This document shows, piece by piece, positions 9,219-21,583 of a stretch of 50,944 bases of DNA; positions within the stretch are counted from its first letter, which is position 1; each line of letters opens with the position of its first letter. A program made the position numbers and the translations under genes. The notes under the pieces are model-generated. The model made no database searches. It was not told where the DNA came from and saw only the letters and a list, made by a program, of their open reading frames with translations. The stretch covers positions 1 through 50,944 of the forward strand of contig DYMH01000005.1 in NCBI GenBank assembly GCA_020721645.1, read 5' to 3'. This DNA is from Draconibacterium orientale (lineage in GTDB: Bacteria; Bacteroidota; Bacteroidia; Bacteroidales; JAADGE01).

Positions 9219-11375
9219 TTACTCTTCTCCCAATTCAGCTTCATGTTCTTTAATTAATTTTTCCTGAATATCGGTCGGCACCTGAGCATATTCGGCAAAA
9301 GCCATCTCGTATGTCGCACGTCCGCCGGTCAAAGAGCTCAGTGTCGTTGAATATTTGTTGAGTTCAGCCAAAGGAATTCGAGCTTTTATCACTTCAAAAC
9401 CTTTAATACTGCTCATTCCCATAATAATTGCACGTCTTCCCTGCAAATCACTCATCACATCTCCCATACGATCTCCCGGAACCATCACATCAACATCGTA
9501 AACAGGTTCCAATAATTTAGGCGAAGCTTTTTTAAAGGCTTCCGAAAAAGCTTTTGCGCCCGCCAATTTAAACGAAATTTCGTTGGAATCAACATCGTGC
9601 ATTTTTCCAAAATAAACACTTACACGAATATCACGGGCATAAGAACCTGTTAATGGACCAAATTCCATTTTCTCATTGATTCCTTTAATAATTGCCGGCA
9701 TGTAGCTGGCATCAATAACGCCACCGACAATACAATTATAAAAAATAAATTTTCCGCCCCACGGTAATTCAAATTCTTTGGTATCTCGAACCGAAACTAC
9801 ATATTCTTGATTGTTAATTTTAAACACTTTGGGTGCCGGTTTGTCATCGGCATAAGGCTCTATTATTAAATGAACTTCACCAAACTGTCCGGCACCGCCC
9901 GATTGTTTTTTATGGCGATAATCGGCTTGTGAAGGTTTGGTAATGGTTTCGCGGTACGGAATTTTCGGGGCAATAAATTCAGCGGCAATTTTAAATTCAT
10001 GGTCCAAGTACCATTTCAAAGTATTCAGGTGGTGTTCGCCCTGTCCGTGGATAATGAGTTGTTTTAATTCTTTTGAATATTCGAGTATCCATGTCGGGTC
10101 TTCATCATGCAATTTATGCAAAATTTCACCCAGTTTTTCATCATCGGCTTCGCTAACAGCTTTTATGGCTGTTCTGTATTTTGGGTTTGGAAATTCAAGA
10201 GGAGGAAATTTGAACTCTGTACCTTTTTCGCATAAAGTATGTTGAGCTTTTACCGTTTTTAATTTAATGGTAGCACCAATGTCGCCAGCCACAAGTTTTT
10301 CAACTTTGGTTCGTATTTTCCCATTCACTGCAAAAAGTTGAGACAGTCGCTCTTTGGCTTCTTTATTCATGTTGATTAAATCATCGCCTTCGGCTATTTC
10401 GCCCGACATGACTTTAAAGAACAAGATTTCGCCCAAATGTTGTTCAATGGTATTTTTAAAAATATAAACAGATTTTTTCCCCTTTGAATCGCATTTTACA
10501 TTTTTCCCGTCAGCTGTAACAGCTTCCGGCATCAAATCGGGCGATGGAACTGTGTTTGCAAGAAAATCGAGCAAGCGGCGTGTCCCGAAATTACTTCGGG
10601 CTGCTGTGCAGAAAATCGGAAACATTCCGCCGGTAATCAATCCTTTGGTAATGCCTTTTCGCATTTCTTCCTCAGTCAAGCTGCCTTTTTCAAAGAAAAT
10701 CTCCATTAAATTTTCATCATTTTCTGCAGCCGACTCGATCAACGCATTATGCAATTCAGTGGCTCGTTCTTTTTCCGATTCCGGTATGTCTGTTATCTTT
10801 GGTTCGGCTCCCGCTTTATCCCATGTGTACATTTTCATGGTTATCACATCGATGATTGAATTAAACCCAATTCCTTGATTAACAGGAAATTGAATGATTG
10901 CTATTTTATTGCTTAAGCGTTCTTTGATTTCGTCAACGGTCTTTTCAAAATTTGTCTTTTCGTGGTCCAAATGATTCACAACCATGATAACAGGAACATG
11001 ATGTTTTTCTGTCAAACGCCATGCCGATTCTGTTCCCACTTCAATACCATTTTGTGCATTTAGAACCAATACCGCAGCATCACTGACACGTAATCCCGAA
11101 ACAACGCCTCCCACAAAATCACCGGCACCGGGCGTATCTATTATATTTATTTTTTTATCAGCCCACAATGTGTGCAAAACTGTCGATGATATCGAACCAC
11201 CTTGTTCCTGTTCAATCACCCTGTAATCGGATACTGTGGTTTTCAAAGCTATATCGCCGATTCGGCTTATCAGTCCGCCTTCAAAAATCATGGCTTCAGC
11301 CAATGTCGTTTTGCCGGAACCTGCATTTCCTATAAAAGATAAATTCCTAATTTCATTCGTTTGATAGACTTTCAT
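9219..11375 (-). CDS. EF-G-like translational GTPase paralog (718 aa) with degenerate switch II
   Basis: Full five-domain EF-G architecture. G1 GNAGSGKTT. G3 is DTPGAGDF instead of the canonical DTPGHVDF. G4 is NHLD instead of NKxD. Divergent from rpsL. Confidence 0.8.
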   Translation of the reverse strand: MKVYQTNEIRNLSFIGNAGSGKTTLAEAMIFEGGLISRIGDIALKTTVSDYRVIEQEQGGSISSTVLHTLWADKKINIIDTPGAGDFVGGVVSGLRVSDAAVLVLNAQNGIEVGTESAWRLTEKHHVPVIMVVNHLDHEKTNFEKTVDEIKERLSNKIAIIQFPVNQGIGFNSIIDVITMKMYTWDKAGAEPKITDIPESEKERATELHNALIESAAENDENLMEIFFEKGSLTEEEMRKGITKGLITGGMFPIFCTAARSNFGTRRLLDFLANTVPSPDLMPEAVTADGKNVKCDSKGKKSVYIFKNTIEQHLGEILFFKVMSGEIAEGDDLINMNKEAKERLSQLFAVNGKIRTKVEKLVAGDIGATIKLKTVKAQHTLCEKGTEFKFPPLEFPNPKYRTAIKAVSEADDEKLGEILHKLHDEDPTWILEYSKELKQLIIHGQGEHHLNTLKWYLDHEFKIAAEFIAPKIPYRETITKPSQADYRHKKQSGGAGQFGEVHLIIEPYADDKPAPKVFKINNQEYVVSVRDTKEFELPWGGKFIFYNCIVGGVIDASYMPAIIKGINEKMEFGPLTGSYARDIRVSVYFGKMHDVDSNEISFKLAGAKAFSEAFKKASPKLLEPVYDVDVMVPGDRMGDVMSDLQGRRAIIMGMSSIKGFEVIKARIPLAELNKYSTTLSSLTGGRATYEMAFAEYAQVPTDIQEKLIKEHEAELGEE

Positions 11376-11841
11376 TTTGATTGTTAATTAAATTGGATTT
11401 TAGTATTTAAGGCTGTAAAATTTCTCTTTTTTGTCTGATATTTTTCGACGGACTGCAAATTTAAAAAAAAATAATTAAGATTTATATCGGGAATTAATAA
11501 AATGTTAAGAAATTAATATGTTGTAAAACAGTAATTTATATCCTGTTTTTACGAGCATACTTAATGCAAGATAATTATTTGTTCCGAATTTCAAACATTT
11601 AATTAAATATTTACAACAAGAGAAAATAAATTTTTTTTAATTGATTTTTTAACAGACTTTTGCAACTCTTAAAAAAACAAAAAATCATATTATATATAAG
11701 GTGTATTTTCATGTTTGAGATACTTTACATTTAAAGTCGAAACAAGTAAGAAAATGCAGGATATTACGGAGTGATTTTATATTTAATTGAATATCAATAG
11801 TATGTATTGATTTTAAATAAAAACTAAAAATAAAATCAAAA

Positions 11842-11882
11842 ACTATTGCTCAAAAAGAAATATATTCTACCTTTGCAAACCG
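11842..11882 (+). promoter_or_regulatory. Candidate Bacteroidetes-type promoter for the rpsL operon
   Basis: TAccTTTG at 11868-11875 matches the Bacteroides -7 consensus TAnnTTTG about 35 nt upstream of the rpsL ATG, in an AT-rich region. The -33 TTTG is only weakly matched. Confidence 0.3.
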
Positions 11883-11910
11883 AATTTAATAAATATATTT
11901 TACGACAGAT

Positions 11911-12324
11911 ATGCCTACAATTCAACAATTAGTCAGAAAGGGACGCAAGAAAATTGAGAGTAAAAGCAAGTCGCCTGCGTTGGCTTCAAGCCCGCAACGA
12001 CGCGGTGTTTGTGTGAGAGTTTACACAACAACTCCCAAGAAACCGAACTCTGCCATGAGAAAAGTTGCTCGGGTTCGATTAACTAACGGAAAAGAAGTCA
12101 ATGCTTACATTCCCGGCGAAGGACATAACCTTCAGGAACACTCCATTGTGTTGGTCCGCGGAGGCAGAGTGAAAGACTTACCCGGAGTTCGCTATCACCT
12201 TGTCAGAGGAACATTAGATTCTCAGGGTGTGGACGGCAGAAAACAAAGACGTTCAAAATACGGCACAAAACGCCCAAAGAAAACAGACCCAAAGAAAACA
12301 GACCCCAAAAGCAAAAAAAAGTAA
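11911..12324 (+). CDS. rpsL: 30S ribosomal protein S12
   Basis: [12 protein letters not shown]...[17 protein letters not shown], with an extra Lys-rich C-terminal tail ([15 protein letters not shown]). Confidence 0.95.
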   Translation: MPTIQQLVRKGRKKIESKSKSPALASSPQRRGVCVRVYTTTPKKPNSAMRKVARVRLTNGKEVNAYIPGEGHNLQEHSIVLVRGGRVKDLPGVRYHLVRGTLDSQGVDGRKQRRSKYGTKRPKKTDPKKTDPKSKKK

Positions 12325-12332
12325 GATAAGTC

Positions 12333-12809
12333 ATGAGAAAATCGAAACCCAAAAAGAGGATTCTTTTGCCGGATCCAAAATTTAATGACACTTTAGTTAC
12401 CCGTTTTGTCAATGATATGATGATTAGCGGTAAGAAAAATTTATCATTGAAAATTTTTTATGATGCTCTACAACTTGTAGAGAACAGAACAAAAAACGCC
12501 GAAAAATCTCCTCTCGAAATTTGGAAAAAAGCCTTAGAAAATATCACACCACAAGTCGAAGTTAAAAGTCGTCGTGTCGGGGGTGCAACATTTCAGGTGC
12601 CGATGGAAGTTCGTGCAGACCGTAAAGTTTCTATCAGCATAAAAAACATGATATTGTACGCCAGAAAACGAGGCGGAAAAGCAATGTCCGACAAATTGGC
12701 TGCCGAAATTGTTGCTGCATATAACGAAGAAGGCGGCGCATTCAAAAAGAAAGAAGATACTCACAGAATGGCAGATGCCAATAAAGCATTCGCACATTTC
12801 CGATTCTAA
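12333..12809 (+). CDS. rpsG: 30S ribosomal protein S7
   Basis: Conserved S7 sequence. Position between rpsL and fusA. Confidence 0.95.
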   Translation: MRKSKPKKRILLPDPKFNDTLVTRFVNDMMISGKKNLSLKIFYDALQLVENRTKNAEKSPLEIWKKALENITPQVEVKSRRVGGATFQVPMEVRADRKVSISIKNMILYARKRGGKAMSDKLAAEIVAAYNEEGGAFKKKEDTHRMADANKAFAHFRF

Positions 12810-12829
12810 AAAAAAGGATTCCATAATTC

Positions 12830-14944
12830 ATGGCAACACCGCTACAACATACGAGAAACATTGGCATAATGGCACATATCGACGCCGGTAAAACGACGAC
12901 GACTGAGCGTATCTTGTATTATACCGGTATTACCCATAAACTTGGCGAAGTACACGATGGTGCTGCCACCATGGATTGGATGATTCAAGAACAAGAACGA
13001 GGCATTACCATTACTTCTGCAGCAACGACAACCTATTGGAAATTCAAAGATATTGATTATAAAATTAACATCATTGACACTCCGGGACACGTCGATTTTA
13101 CCGTTGAAGTAGAGCGTTCGCTCAGAGTTCTCGATGGAGCTGTTGCAATTTTTTGTGCCGTCGGCGGTGTTGAACCTCAATCGGAAACCGTTTGGCGACA
13201 AGCCGACAAATACAATGTACCTCGCATTGCATTCGTGAACAAAATGGACCGTACCGGAGCCGATTTTTTTAAAGTTCTGACTCAAATTGAAAAAAGGTTA
13301 GGGAGCAATCCAATACCAATGCAAATACCAATCGGAGCAGAAGATAATTTTACGGGAGTTATCGACCTTATCGAAAGAAAAGCAGTTGTTTGGAAAGAAG
13401 ATGATACTTTGGGTGTCAATTACGAAATACAACAGATACCGGAAGATTATAAAGAATTAGCAGAAGAATGGCGCGAAAAATTGGTCGAAGCTGTTATCGA
13501 AACCGATGATGATTTATTACACCGTTTTTTCGAAAACAGAGACAACATCACCGTTGAAGAATTTATGTCGGCAGCTCGAAAATGCGTCATTACAAGAAAA
13601 ATTGTTCCCGTATTTTGCGGAGCAGCTTTCAAAAATAAAGGCATTCAGCGTTTGCTCGATGCAATTACGCAACTTCTCCCATCGCCCTTAGATATTGAGG
13701 CTGCAAAAGGGACAGAACCGCATACCGAAAAAGAAATATTAAGACACCCCAATGCCGATGAACCTTTTGCTGCATTAGCTTTTAAAATAGCAACCGATAA
13801 ATTTGTCGGACGTTTGGCTTATTTACGAGTTTATTCGGGCGTTCTCAAAGCAGGTTCTTACGTTTTCAATCCCCGTACAAAAAAGAAAGAAAGAATTTCA
13901 CATCTCTACCAAATGCACGCCAACAAGCAAATTTCGATAGAAGAAATTTCAGCAGGTGATATTTGCGGTGCTGTTGGTTTTAAAGATATACGCACAGGTG
14001 ATACACTGTGTGCCGAAAATAAACAAATTGTTCTGGAATCCATGACATTTCCCGAGCCGGTCATCGGAATTTCAGTGGAACCTAAAACTCAAAACGATAT
14101 TGATAAATTAAGCATCGCTTTATCAAAACTCTCCGAAGAAGACCCAACATTTGTTGTAAAAGTTGATGATGAAACAGGGCAAACCATTATCTCAGGAATG
14201 GGCGAATTGCACTTAGAAATATTAGTAGACCGACTGAAACGCGAGTTCAATGTTGAATGTAACCAAGGAAAACCACAAGTTACATACAAAGAGTCCATAA
14301 CAAGTGTAGTAGAATACCGAGAATTATTCAAAAAACAATCAGGAGGGAAAGGTAAATTTGCTGATATAACTGTCAGAGTTTCACCCTGCGACACTCAAAT
14401 CAAAGGTCTTCAATTTATTGATGCAACAAAAGGCGGCGTAATTCCAAAAGAATATATCCCTGCAATAAAAAAAGGCTTTGAACAAGCCATGAAAAACGGA
14501 CCTGTGGCAGGTTTTCAAATGGACAGTTTAAAAGTAGAATTACTCGATGGAACATTTCACCCTGTTGATTCAGATTCTTTATCATTCGAAATTGCAGCAA
14601 AATTAGCTTTTAAAAATGCAAGCATACAAGCGGGAGCTGTTCTGTTAGAACCGATTATGAATCTTGAAGTTATTACAGCCGATGAATATGTTGGCGATGT
14701 AATATCCGACCTCAACAGACGACGCAGCCACATTGGAGGAACCGAAGAAAGAGGAGGAGCGCAAGTTGTTAAAGCCAAAGTCCCATTAGCCGAACAATTC
14801 GGATACGTAACTGTTCTCAGGTCCATTACATCAGGACGCGGTTCGGCTACGATGGAGTTTTCACATTTTCAACAAGTTACTGAAAATATATCCAAAAGTA
14901 TTATTGAAAAAATTAAAGGAAAATTTACATTTATAAACATATAA
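12830..14944 (+). CDS. fusA: Elongation factor G
   Basis: [15 protein letters not shown] and DTPGHVDF motifs, 704 aa, in the canonical str-operon position. Confidence 0.95.
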   Translation: MATPLQHTRNIGIMAHIDAGKTTTTERILYYTGITHKLGEVHDGAATMDWMIQEQERGITITSAATTTYWKFKDIDYKINIIDTPGHVDFTVEVERSLRVLDGAVAIFCAVGGVEPQSETVWRQADKYNVPRIAFVNKMDRTGADFFKVLTQIEKRLGSNPIPMQIPIGAEDNFTGVIDLIERKAVVWKEDDTLGVNYEIQQIPEDYKELAEEWREKLVEAVIETDDDLLHRFFENRDNITVEEFMSAARKCVITRKIVPVFCGAAFKNKGIQRLLDAITQLLPSPLDIEAAKGTEPHTEKEILRHPNADEPFAALAFKIATDKFVGRLAYLRVYSGVLKAGSYVFNPRTKKKERISHLYQMHANKQISIEEISAGDICGAVGFKDIRTGDTLCAENKQIVLESMTFPEPVIGISVEPKTQNDIDKLSIALSKLSEEDPTFVVKVDDETGQTIISGMGELHLEILVDRLKREFNVECNQGKPQVTYKESITSVVEYRELFKKQSGGKGKFADITVRVSPCDTQIKGLQFIDATKGGVIPKEYIPAIKKGFEQAMKNGPVAGFQMDSLKVELLDGTFHPVDSDSLSFEIAAKLAFKNASIQAGAVLLEPIMNLEVITADEYVGDVISDLNRRRSHIGGTEERGGAQVVKAKVPLAEQFGYVTVLRSITSGRGSATMEFSHFQQVTENISKSIIEKIKGKFTFINI

Positions 14945-14957
14945 TCAGCAATACACA

Positions 14958-15263
14958 ATGAGCCAAAAGATTCGAATAAAATTGAAATCCTACGATCACA
15001 ATTTGGTTGATAATTCAGCCGAAAAGATCGTTAAGACTGTTAAAGCTACCGGCGCTGTTGTCAGTGGACCAATACCTTTGCCAACGCACAAAAGAATTTT
15101 TACAGTGCTTCGATCGACATTCGTAAATAAAAAATCAAGAGAGCAATTTCAGTTGTCCTCCTTCAAACGTCTGATAGATATTTACAGCACCACCCCCCAA
15201 ACTATTGATGCTTTGATGAAATTAGAATTGCCAAGCGGCGTAGAAGTAGAAATAAAAGTTTGA
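14958..15263 (+). CDS. rpsJ: 30S ribosomal protein S10
   Basis: S10 sequence ([18 protein letters not shown]...). Confidence 0.95.
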   Translation: MSQKIRIKLKSYDHNLVDNSAEKIVKTVKATGAVVSGPIPLPTHKRIFTVLRSTFVNKKSREQFQLSSFKRLIDIYSTTPQTIDALMKLELPSGVEVEIKV

Positions 15264-15299
15264 TAGATATAATAAGTTAATAAATTAATTTAAGGTAAA

Positions 15300-15917
15300 A
15301 TGGCCGGAATTATAGGAAAAAAAATCGGAATGACATCCGTTTTCAGTGCCGAGGGGAAAAATATCCCATGCACTGTTTTGGAAGCCGGACCTTGTGTCGT
15401 TACGCAGGTAAAGACAATCGAAAAGGATGGTTACAAATCTTTTCAAATCGCATTTGACGATAAAAAAGATAAACAAAGTAACAAACCCGAAAAAGGTCAT
15501 TTCAAAAAAGCAAACACTACGCCCAAACGTAAAGTTGCTGAATTTCATGATTATGATAAAGATTTGAATTTGGGTGAAGTCGTTACATTGGATTTATTCA
15601 GCGAAGTTAAATTCGTTGATGTTACCGGAATTTCAAAAGGTAAAGGTTTTCAGGGTGTTGTCAAAAGACACGGATTCAGCGGAGTCGGTGGTCAAACACA
15701 CGGACAGGACAATCGACTCAGAGCACCAGGTTCGGTCGGAGCATCTTCATATCCTTCGAGAGTATTCAAAGGAATGCGCATGGCAGGCAGAATGGGTAAC
15801 GACAATGTGAAAATTCTGAATTTAGAAGTAATAAAATTAATTCCTGAACAAAACCTTATGATAGTCAAAGGTTCGGTTCCGGGATCGAAAGGTTCATACT
15901 TAATAATTGAAAGATAA
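15300..15917 (+). CDS. rplC: 50S ribosomal protein L3
   Basis: [15 protein letters not shown]... L3 signature. Confidence 0.95.
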   Translation: MAGIIGKKIGMTSVFSAEGKNIPCTVLEAGPCVVTQVKTIEKDGYKSFQIAFDDKKDKQSNKPEKGHFKKANTTPKRKVAEFHDYDKDLNLGEVVTLDLFSEVKFVDVTGISKGKGFQGVVKRHGFSGVGGQTHGQDNRLRAPGSVGASSYPSRVFKGMRMAGRMGNDNVKILNLEVIKLIPEQNLMIVKGSVPGSKGSYLIIER

Positions 15918-16555
15918 TGGAATTAGCAGTATATAATATCGCCGGGAAAGATACCGGTAAGAAAGTACAATTGAATGATGCTATTTTCGCAATAGAACCG
16001 AACGATCATGCAATTTACTTAGATGTGAAACAACATCTTGCAAATAAACGCCAAGGAACTCATTCATCGAAAGAGAAAAGCCAATTAAGCGGAAGTACAC
16101 GAAAATTGAAAAAGCAGAAAGGTACCGGTACTGCACGTGCGGGAAGTATCAAATCTCCATTGATGAGAGGTGGAGCACGCGTTTTTGGACCAACACCGCG
16201 AGATTACAGCTTTAAACTCAATAAAAAGGTAAAACAATTGGCACGTAAATCGGCTTTGGCTTATAAAGTTCAAAACAATCAAGTAATAATTGTCGAAGAC
16301 TTTAATTTTGAGGCACCTAAGACTAAGGAATTTATCGCATTGAAAAATAATTTAAAAATATACGATAAAAAAGCACTTTTAGTTTTATCAAATCAAAATA
16401 AAAACATATATTTGTCAGCCCGAAATTTAGAACGCACATTAGTATCAACAGCCTCAGATCTAACTACTTACGATATAGTTAATTCAACAGCTTTATTACT
16501 TTCGGAGAGTTCACTCGGAGTTTTAGAACAATTATTTTCAACGAACAACGCATAA
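15917..16555 (+). CDS. rplD: 50S ribosomal protein L4
   Basis: L4 family. Overlapping stop/start with rplC. Confidence 0.9.
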   Translation: MELAVYNIAGKDTGKKVQLNDAIFAIEPNDHAIYLDVKQHLANKRQGTHSSKEKSQLSGSTRKLKKQKGTGTARAGSIKSPLMRGGARVFGPTPRDYSFKLNKKVKQLARKSALAYKVQNNQVIIVEDFNFEAPKTKEFIALKNNLKIYDKKALLVLSNQNKNIYLSARNLERTLVSTASDLTTYDIVNSTALLLSESSLGVLEQLFSTNNA

Positions 16556-16563
16556 ACACTGAC

Positions 16564-16854
16564 ATGAGTATAATTATTAAACCCATAATCACTGAAAAAG
16601 TAACAGCTCAAAGTGAAAAACTGAATCGATTTGGATTTGTAGTAGCACGCAATGCAAATAAAATTCAAATTAAAAAAGCTGTTGAAGAACTCTACAATGT
16701 TACCGTTGAAGATGTGAATACACTGCGTTACGGAAGCAAAACTAAAAATCGTTCCACTAAATCAGGCGTCATCAAAGGACGAACATCTGCATTTAAAAAA
16801 GCGATGGTAACCATAGCAGCAGGCGAAACTATTGATTTTTACAGCAATATCTAA
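16564..16854 (+). CDS. rplW: 50S ribosomal protein L23
   Basis: L23 family. Synteny. Confidence 0.9.
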   Translation: MSIIIKPIITEKVTAQSEKLNRFGFVVARNANKIQIKKAVEELYNVTVEDVNTLRYGSKTKNRSTKSGVIKGRTSAFKKAMVTIAAGETIDFYSNI

Positions 16855-16860
16855 AGAAAA

Positions 16861-17697
16861 ATGGCAGTAACTAAGATAAAACCCACAACACCGGGACAAA
16901 GAAAGAAAGTTGTCAGTAATTTTGAAGAGATTACAACAGCACAACCTCTAAAATCCCTCGTTTCCGGAATAAAAAGAACCGGCGGTCGAAATAATACGGG
17001 TAAAATGACCATGCGATATATTGGCGGAGGTCATAAAAGAAAATACCGACAAATCGATTTTTTAAGAGAAAAAGACGGTATCCCTGCAAAAGTAATTACA
17101 ATTGAGTACGACCCAAACAGAACAGCTCGTATTGCGTTAGTTGTTTATGCCGATGGAGAAAAAAGATATATCATTGCACCTAATGGATTAACTGTAGAGC
17201 AAGAAATAATGTCCGGAAAGAATGTTGCCCCGGAAATTGGAAATACACTTTTTTTATCGGATATTCCTTTAGGGACAGTAATACATAACATTGAACTAAG
17301 ACCCGGACAGGGTGGTATCATATCACGAAGTGCCGGAGCGTATGCACAACTAACTTCGCGAGAAGGAAAATATGCAGTTGTTAAACTCCCATCGGGCGAA
17401 ATCCGAAAGGTACTCGTAACATGCAAAGCAACAGTCGGTTCTGTATCAAATTCTGACCACGCATTAGAGAAACTTGGAAAAGCAGGACGCTCGCGATGGA
17501 TGGGAATACGTCCAAGAGTACGTGGTGTTGCAATGAATCCGGTCGATCACCCAATGGGTGGTGGTGAAGGTAAAGCTTCCGGCGGGCACCCGAGATCAAG
17601 AAAAGGTCTAATAGCAAAAGGCTTGAAAACAAGAGCGAAGAAAAACGACTCAAACAAGTATATACTCGAACGCAGAAAGTCTAAAAAACGCAAATAA
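16861..17697 (+). CDS. rplB: 50S ribosomal protein L2
   Basis: L2 signature ([21 protein letters not shown]). Confidence 0.95.
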   Translation: MAVTKIKPTTPGQRKKVVSNFEEITTAQPLKSLVSGIKRTGGRNNTGKMTMRYIGGGHKRKYRQIDFLREKDGIPAKVITIEYDPNRTARIALVVYADGEKRYIIAPNGLTVEQEIMSGKNVAPEIGNTLFLSDIPLGTVIHNIELRPGQGGIISRSAGAYAQLTSREGKYAVVKLPSGEIRKVLVTCKATVGSVSNSDHALEKLGKAGRSRWMGIRPRVRGVAMNPVDHPMGGGEGKASGGHPRSRKGLIAKGLKTRAKKNDSNKYILERRKSKKRK

Positions 17698-17706
17698 TAA
17701 ACAAGT

Positions 17707-17970
17707 ATGAGCAGATCGTTAAAAAAAGGTCCTTTTATAGACTTTAAACTCGAAAAAAAAGTTTTAGAACTGAACAAATCCGGAAAAAAAACGGTGATAA
17801 AAACATGGGCTCGACGCTCAATGATTTCTCCCGATTTCGTTGGACATACAGTTGCAGTACATAATGGGAATAAATTTATTCCGGTTTATGTAACTGAAAA
17901 TATGGTAGGACATAAATTTGGTGAATTTTCGCCCACGCGAACTTACAGAGGACACAACAAAAAAGCTTAA
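17707..17970 (+). CDS. rpsS: 30S ribosomal protein S19
   Basis: [12 protein letters not shown]... S19 signature. Confidence 0.95.
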   Translation: MSRSLKKGPFIDFKLEKKVLELNKSGKKTVIKTWARRSMISPDFVGHTVAVHNGNKFIPVYVTENMVGHKFGEFSPTRTYRGHNKKA

Positions 17971-17975
17971 AAGTA

Positions 17976-18377
17976 ATGGGAGCAAGAAAACGCAACAGAG
18001 CTAATCGTATAAAAGAAGAAAAAAAAATGGTCAATGTCGCAGAATTAAATAATTGCCCGACATCACCACGCAAAATGCGACTAATCGCAGATATGATTCG
18101 CGGACAAAAAGTTAATAAAGCATTGGGAATGTTAAAATTTAACCCCAAAGAAGCCTCTGCAAGAGTAGAAAAGCTCTTACTCTCGGCAATTGCAAATTGG
18201 CAGACGAAAAATGAAGGAAAAAGACTCGAAGACAGCGATGTTTTTGTAAAAGAGATTTTCGTTGATTCAGGACGTATTCTAAAAAGACTGCGACCGGCGC
18301 CGCAAGGACGTGCACACAGAATCAGAAAAAGATCAAATCATGTAACCATTGTTTTAGACAGTAAAGAAATCAAATAA
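17976..18377 (+). CDS. rplV: 50S ribosomal protein L22 (start may instead be the internal Met at 18027)
   Basis: L22 family ([21 protein letters not shown]). Confidence 0.9.
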   Translation: MGARKRNRANRIKEEKKMVNVAELNNCPTSPRKMRLIADMIRGQKVNKALGMLKFNPKEASARVEKLLLSAIANWQTKNEGKRLEDSDVFVKEIFVDSGRILKRLRPAPQGRAHRIRKRSNHVTIVLDSKEIK

Positions 18378-19082
18378 ATGGGACAAAAAACAAATCCGAT
18401 AAGCAATCGATTGGGAATCATCAGAGGATGGGATTCAAACTGGTACGGAGGCAACAAGTATGCCTCGAAAATCGTTGAAGATGAGAAAATTCGTAAATAT
18501 TTAAGCGCGCGTTTAGCCAAAGCAAGTATTTCCAGAATCATCATTGAAAGAACTTTAAAATTGATTACGGTTACCGTAACCACTGCACGTCCCGGTATTA
18601 TTATCGGAAAAGGCGGACAGGAAGTTGATAAATTAAAAGAAGAATTGCACAAAATTACGGATAAAGACGTTCAAATCAATATCTTTGAAATTAAACGTCC
18701 CGAATTAGATGCAATGATTGTTGCTCAAAACGTAGCCCGACAAATTGAAGGTAAAATCGCATACCGTCGTGCTGCAAGAATGGCAATCGCTTCAACCATG
18801 AGAATTGGTGCTCAGGGCATTAAAATAATGGTTTCCGGACGATTAAACGGTGCTGAAATGGCTCGTTCCGAAATGTTAAAAGAAGGTCGAACTCCTTTGC
18901 ATACATTACGTGCAGACATTGATTATCACAGCACGGGAGCTCTTACAAAAGTAGGTCTGATTGGAGTAAAAGTTTGGATATGTAAAGGTGAAGTTTACGG
19001 AAAAAGAGAATTAGCTCCGAATCTGGAAAACAAAACCCAAAAACCAAAAACGGGCTTCAAAAAACGAAATAAAAGAAGATAA
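18378..19082 (+). CDS. rpsC: 30S ribosomal protein S3
   Basis: S3 family with KH domain and a basic C-terminal tail. Confidence 0.95.
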   Translation: MGQKTNPISNRLGIIRGWDSNWYGGNKYASKIVEDEKIRKYLSARLAKASISRIIIERTLKLITVTVTTARPGIIIGKGGQEVDKLKEELHKITDKDVQINIFEIKRPELDAMIVAQNVARQIEGKIAYRRAARMAIASTMRIGAQGIKIMVSGRLNGAEMARSEMLKEGRTPLHTLRADIDYHSTGALTKVGLIGVKVWICKGEVYGKRELAPNLENKTQKPKTGFKKRNKRR

Positions 19083-19114
19083 AACTTCTGATTAATCTGT
19101 AAAAAATACTTGAA

Positions 19115-19546
19115 ATGTTACAACCCAAAAAAACAAAATTCAGAAAGCAACAAAAGGGTAAAATGAAAGGAAACGCTAAACGCGGAAGCGAATTAGCATT
19201 CGGTTCATTTGGTATCAAAACGATGGAGCAAGCATGGATTACCGGGCGTCAAATTGAAGCTGCTCGACAAGCTGTAACTCGTTTTATGAAAAGAGAAGGT
19301 CAAATTTGGATTCGAATATTCCCCGATAAACCGATTACAAAAAAACCTGCGGAAGTACGTATGGGAAAAGGGAAAGGAGCACCGGAAATGTTTGTTGCCA
19401 GAGTTACTCCCGGACGCATTATGTTTGAAGCAGAGGGCGTACCATACGCTGTTGCAAAAGAAGCATTAAGACTGGCAGCACAAAAATTACCGGTTAAAAC
19501 TAAATTTATTGTCAGAAGAGATTATAACGAAACAACAGAAGCATAA
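19115..19546 (+). CDS. rplP: 50S ribosomal protein L16
   Basis: L16 family. Confidence 0.95.
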   Translation: MLQPKKTKFRKQQKGKMKGNAKRGSELAFGSFGIKTMEQAWITGRQIEAARQAVTRFMKREGQIWIRIFPDKPITKKPAEVRMGKGKGAPEMFVARVTPGRIMFEAEGVPYAVAKEALRLAAQKLPVKTKFIVRRDYNETTEA

Positions 19547-19746
19547 TGAAAAATTCTGAAATTAAAGATTTGGGTACACAAGAGATTCTTGACAGATTGA
19601 AAGAAGAAGCGACACATTTAGCAAAACAAAGATTGAACCATGCAGTGTCGCAACTTGATAATCCCCATAAAATTACTGAAACAAAACGGTTTATTGCAAG
19701 AATGAAAACCGAACTCAGAAAAAGAGAAATAGGCGCAAAAGAATAA
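19546..19746 (+). CDS. rpmC: 50S ribosomal protein L29
   Basis: L29 family. ATGA overlap with rplP. Confidence 0.9.
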   Translation: MKNSEIKDLGTQEILDRLKEEATHLAKQRLNHAVSQLDNPHKITETKRFIARMKTELRKREIGAKE

Positions 19747-19757
19747 ATTGTCGAAAA

Positions 19758-20015
19758 ATGGAAAAACGAAATCTTAGAAAAGAAAAAATAGGAATTGTTG
19801 TCAGCAATAAAATGCAAAAATCAATAACAGTTTCTGTTCACAGAAAATTGAAACATGCCATTTATGGAAAGTTCATCGTAATGAGCAAAAAATACATTGC
19901 ACACGACGAAGAAAATACCTGCAACATCGGCGATACCGTCAAAATTATGGAAACGCGTCCTCTGAGCAAGAAAAAAACTTGGAGATTAGTAGAAATTATT
20001 GAAAGAGCGAAGTAA
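19758..20015 (+). CDS. rpsQ: 30S ribosomal protein S17
   Basis: S17 family. Confidence 0.9.
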   Translation: MEKRNLRKEKIGIVVSNKMQKSITVSVHRKLKHAIYGKFIVMSKKYIAHDEENTCNIGDTVKIMETRPLSKKKTWRLVEIIERAK

Positions 20016-20017
20016 TC

Positions 20018-20383
20018 ATGATACAACAAGAAAGCAGATTAATAGTTGCCGATAACAGCGGAGCAAAAGAAGTTCTTTGCATACGCGTTCTCGGAGGAAC
20101 CGGTAAAAAATACGCATCAATTGGAGACACTATCGTTGTTGCTGTAAAAAGTGCCATCGCATCGGGAGATGTAAAAAAAGGTTCGGTAGCCAAAGGTGTC
20201 GTTGTCAGAACTAAAAAAGAAATACGTCGTCAAGATGGGTCTTACATTCGTTTTGATGATAATGCGGTTGTTCTTTTAAGTGCGACAGGCGAAATGAAAG
20301 GAACTCGTATTTTTGGTCCCGTAGCACGAGAGTTACGAAAAACTCACATGAAAATTGTGTCTTTGGCACCTGAAGTTCTGTAA
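20018..20383 (+). CDS. rplN: 50S ribosomal protein L14
   Basis: [17 protein letters not shown]... L14 signature. Confidence 0.95.
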   Translation: MIQQESRLIVADNSGAKEVLCIRVLGGTGKKYASIGDTIVVAVKSAIASGDVKKGSVAKGVVVRTKKEIRRQDGSYIRFDDNAVVLLSATGEMKGTRIFGPVARELRKTHMKIVSLAPEVL

Positions 20384-20403
20384 ATAGATAATAAAATAAT
20401 ACA

Positions 20404-20733
20404 ATGCAAAAAAAATTACATATCAAAAAAGGCGACGTGGTTATCGTGAACGCCGGAGATGATAAAGGAAAAAAAGGCAGAGTTCTCGAAGTTATTGTTA
20501 ATAAAATGAGAGCTGTTGTAGAAGGCGTTAATATCATGTCGAAACATACTCGCCCCAATGCAAAGCAAACACAAGGCGGTATTGTAAAGAAAGAAGCCCC
20601 CGTTCATATTTCTAATCTGATGGTTGTATGCCCTGAAACAGACAAGGCGACACGAATCGGTAGAAAACTCAATGAAAAGGGAAAATCTGTAAGATATTCA
20701 AAAAAGTCAACGAATAAACAGGAGATTAAGTAA
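20404..20733 (+). CDS. rplX: 50S ribosomal protein L24
   Basis: KOW motif ([19 protein letters not shown]). Confidence 0.9.
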   Translation: MQKKLHIKKGDVVIVNAGDDKGKKGRVLEVIVNKMRAVVEGVNIMSKHTRPNAKQTQGGIVKKEAPVHISNLMVVCPETDKATRIGRKLNEKGKSVRYSKKSTNKQEIK

Positions 20734-21290
20734 TGGAATACACACCTTCACTCAAAAAGAAATACAAAGAAGAAATTGTTCCCTCTTTACAAAAAGAATT
20801 CGGGTATAAAAGTGTCATGCAGGTGCCGGTTTTAGAAAAAATTGTCTTAAACCAAGGTGTCGGTAAAGCTGTCGCTGACAAAAAATTATTGGAAAGTGCA
20901 GAAAAGCAACTTACAACTATTGCGGGACAAAAAGCTGTTAAAACGCTTTCGAAAAAGGATATTTCTAATTTTAAATTGCGAAAAAAAGTAGCAATCGGTG
21001 TAAGAGTTACACTTCGTAAAAATCAAATGTATGAGTTTCTTGAACGTTTAATTTCAGTATCAATTCCCCGAATAAGAGATTTTAGAGGAATACCTGCAAA
21101 ATTCGATGGATTTGGAAATTACACATTAGGAGTTGAGGAGCAAATTATTTTTCCTGAAATTGATATGGATCAAATTGACCATATTCTGGGTTTAAATATT
21201 TCCTTCGTAACTACTGCAAAAACAGATGAAGAAGGATATGCTTTATTACGTGAATTTGGATTACCTTTTCAAACAAAAAATAAGAAATAA
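20733..21290 (+). CDS. rplE: 50S ribosomal protein L5
   Basis: L5 family. Confidence 0.95.
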   Translation: MEYTPSLKKKYKEEIVPSLQKEFGYKSVMQVPVLEKIVLNQGVGKAVADKKLLESAEKQLTTIAGQKAVKTLSKKDISNFKLRKKVAIGVRVTLRKNQMYEFLERLISVSIPRIRDFRGIPAKFDGFGNYTLGVEEQIIFPEIDMDQIDHILGLNISFVTTAKTDEEGYALLREFGLPFQTKNKK

Positions 21291-21293
21291 GTA

Positions 21294-21563
21294 ATGGCTA
21301 AAGAATCAATGAAAGCTCGCGAAGTTAAGCGACAAAAACTGGTTGAAAAATATGCTGAAAAGAAAGCACAAATGAAAAAAGACGGAGATTTCATCGGTTT
21401 GCAAAAGCTTCCGAAGAACGCATCAAAAATTCGTCTGCATAACCGATGTCAGCTTACAGGCAGACCAAGAGGTTTTATCAGACAATTCGGAATCAGTAGA
21501 ATTTCTTTCAGAGAAATGGCTTCGATTGGTTTAATACCCGGAGTAAAAAAAGCAAGTTGGTAA
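21294..21563 (+). CDS. rpsN: 30S ribosomal protein S14 (long form, ends in W)
   Basis: S14 family, 89 aa. Confidence 0.9.
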   Translation: MAKESMKAREVKRQKLVEKYAEKKAQMKKDGDFIGLQKLPKNASKIRLHNRCQLTGRPRGFIRQFGISRISFREMASIGLIPGVKKASW

Positions 21564-21583
21564 AATTTAATATATAAAAAAAG

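Noticed and set aside
8545-11910. Possible tRNA/rRNA genes or CRISPR arrays in the large intergenic regions (also 28851-29617, 41127-42109, 46338-47188)
   Set aside because: There are no T-loop-like GTTCGAATC motifs with proper acceptor-stem pairing. There are no regularly spaced identical direct repeats with unique spacers. The repeats present are inverted or MITE-like or a single heptamer array.
12842-13285. 147-aa antisense ORF within fusA
   Set aside because: Entirely inside the highly conserved EF-G G-domain coding sequence.
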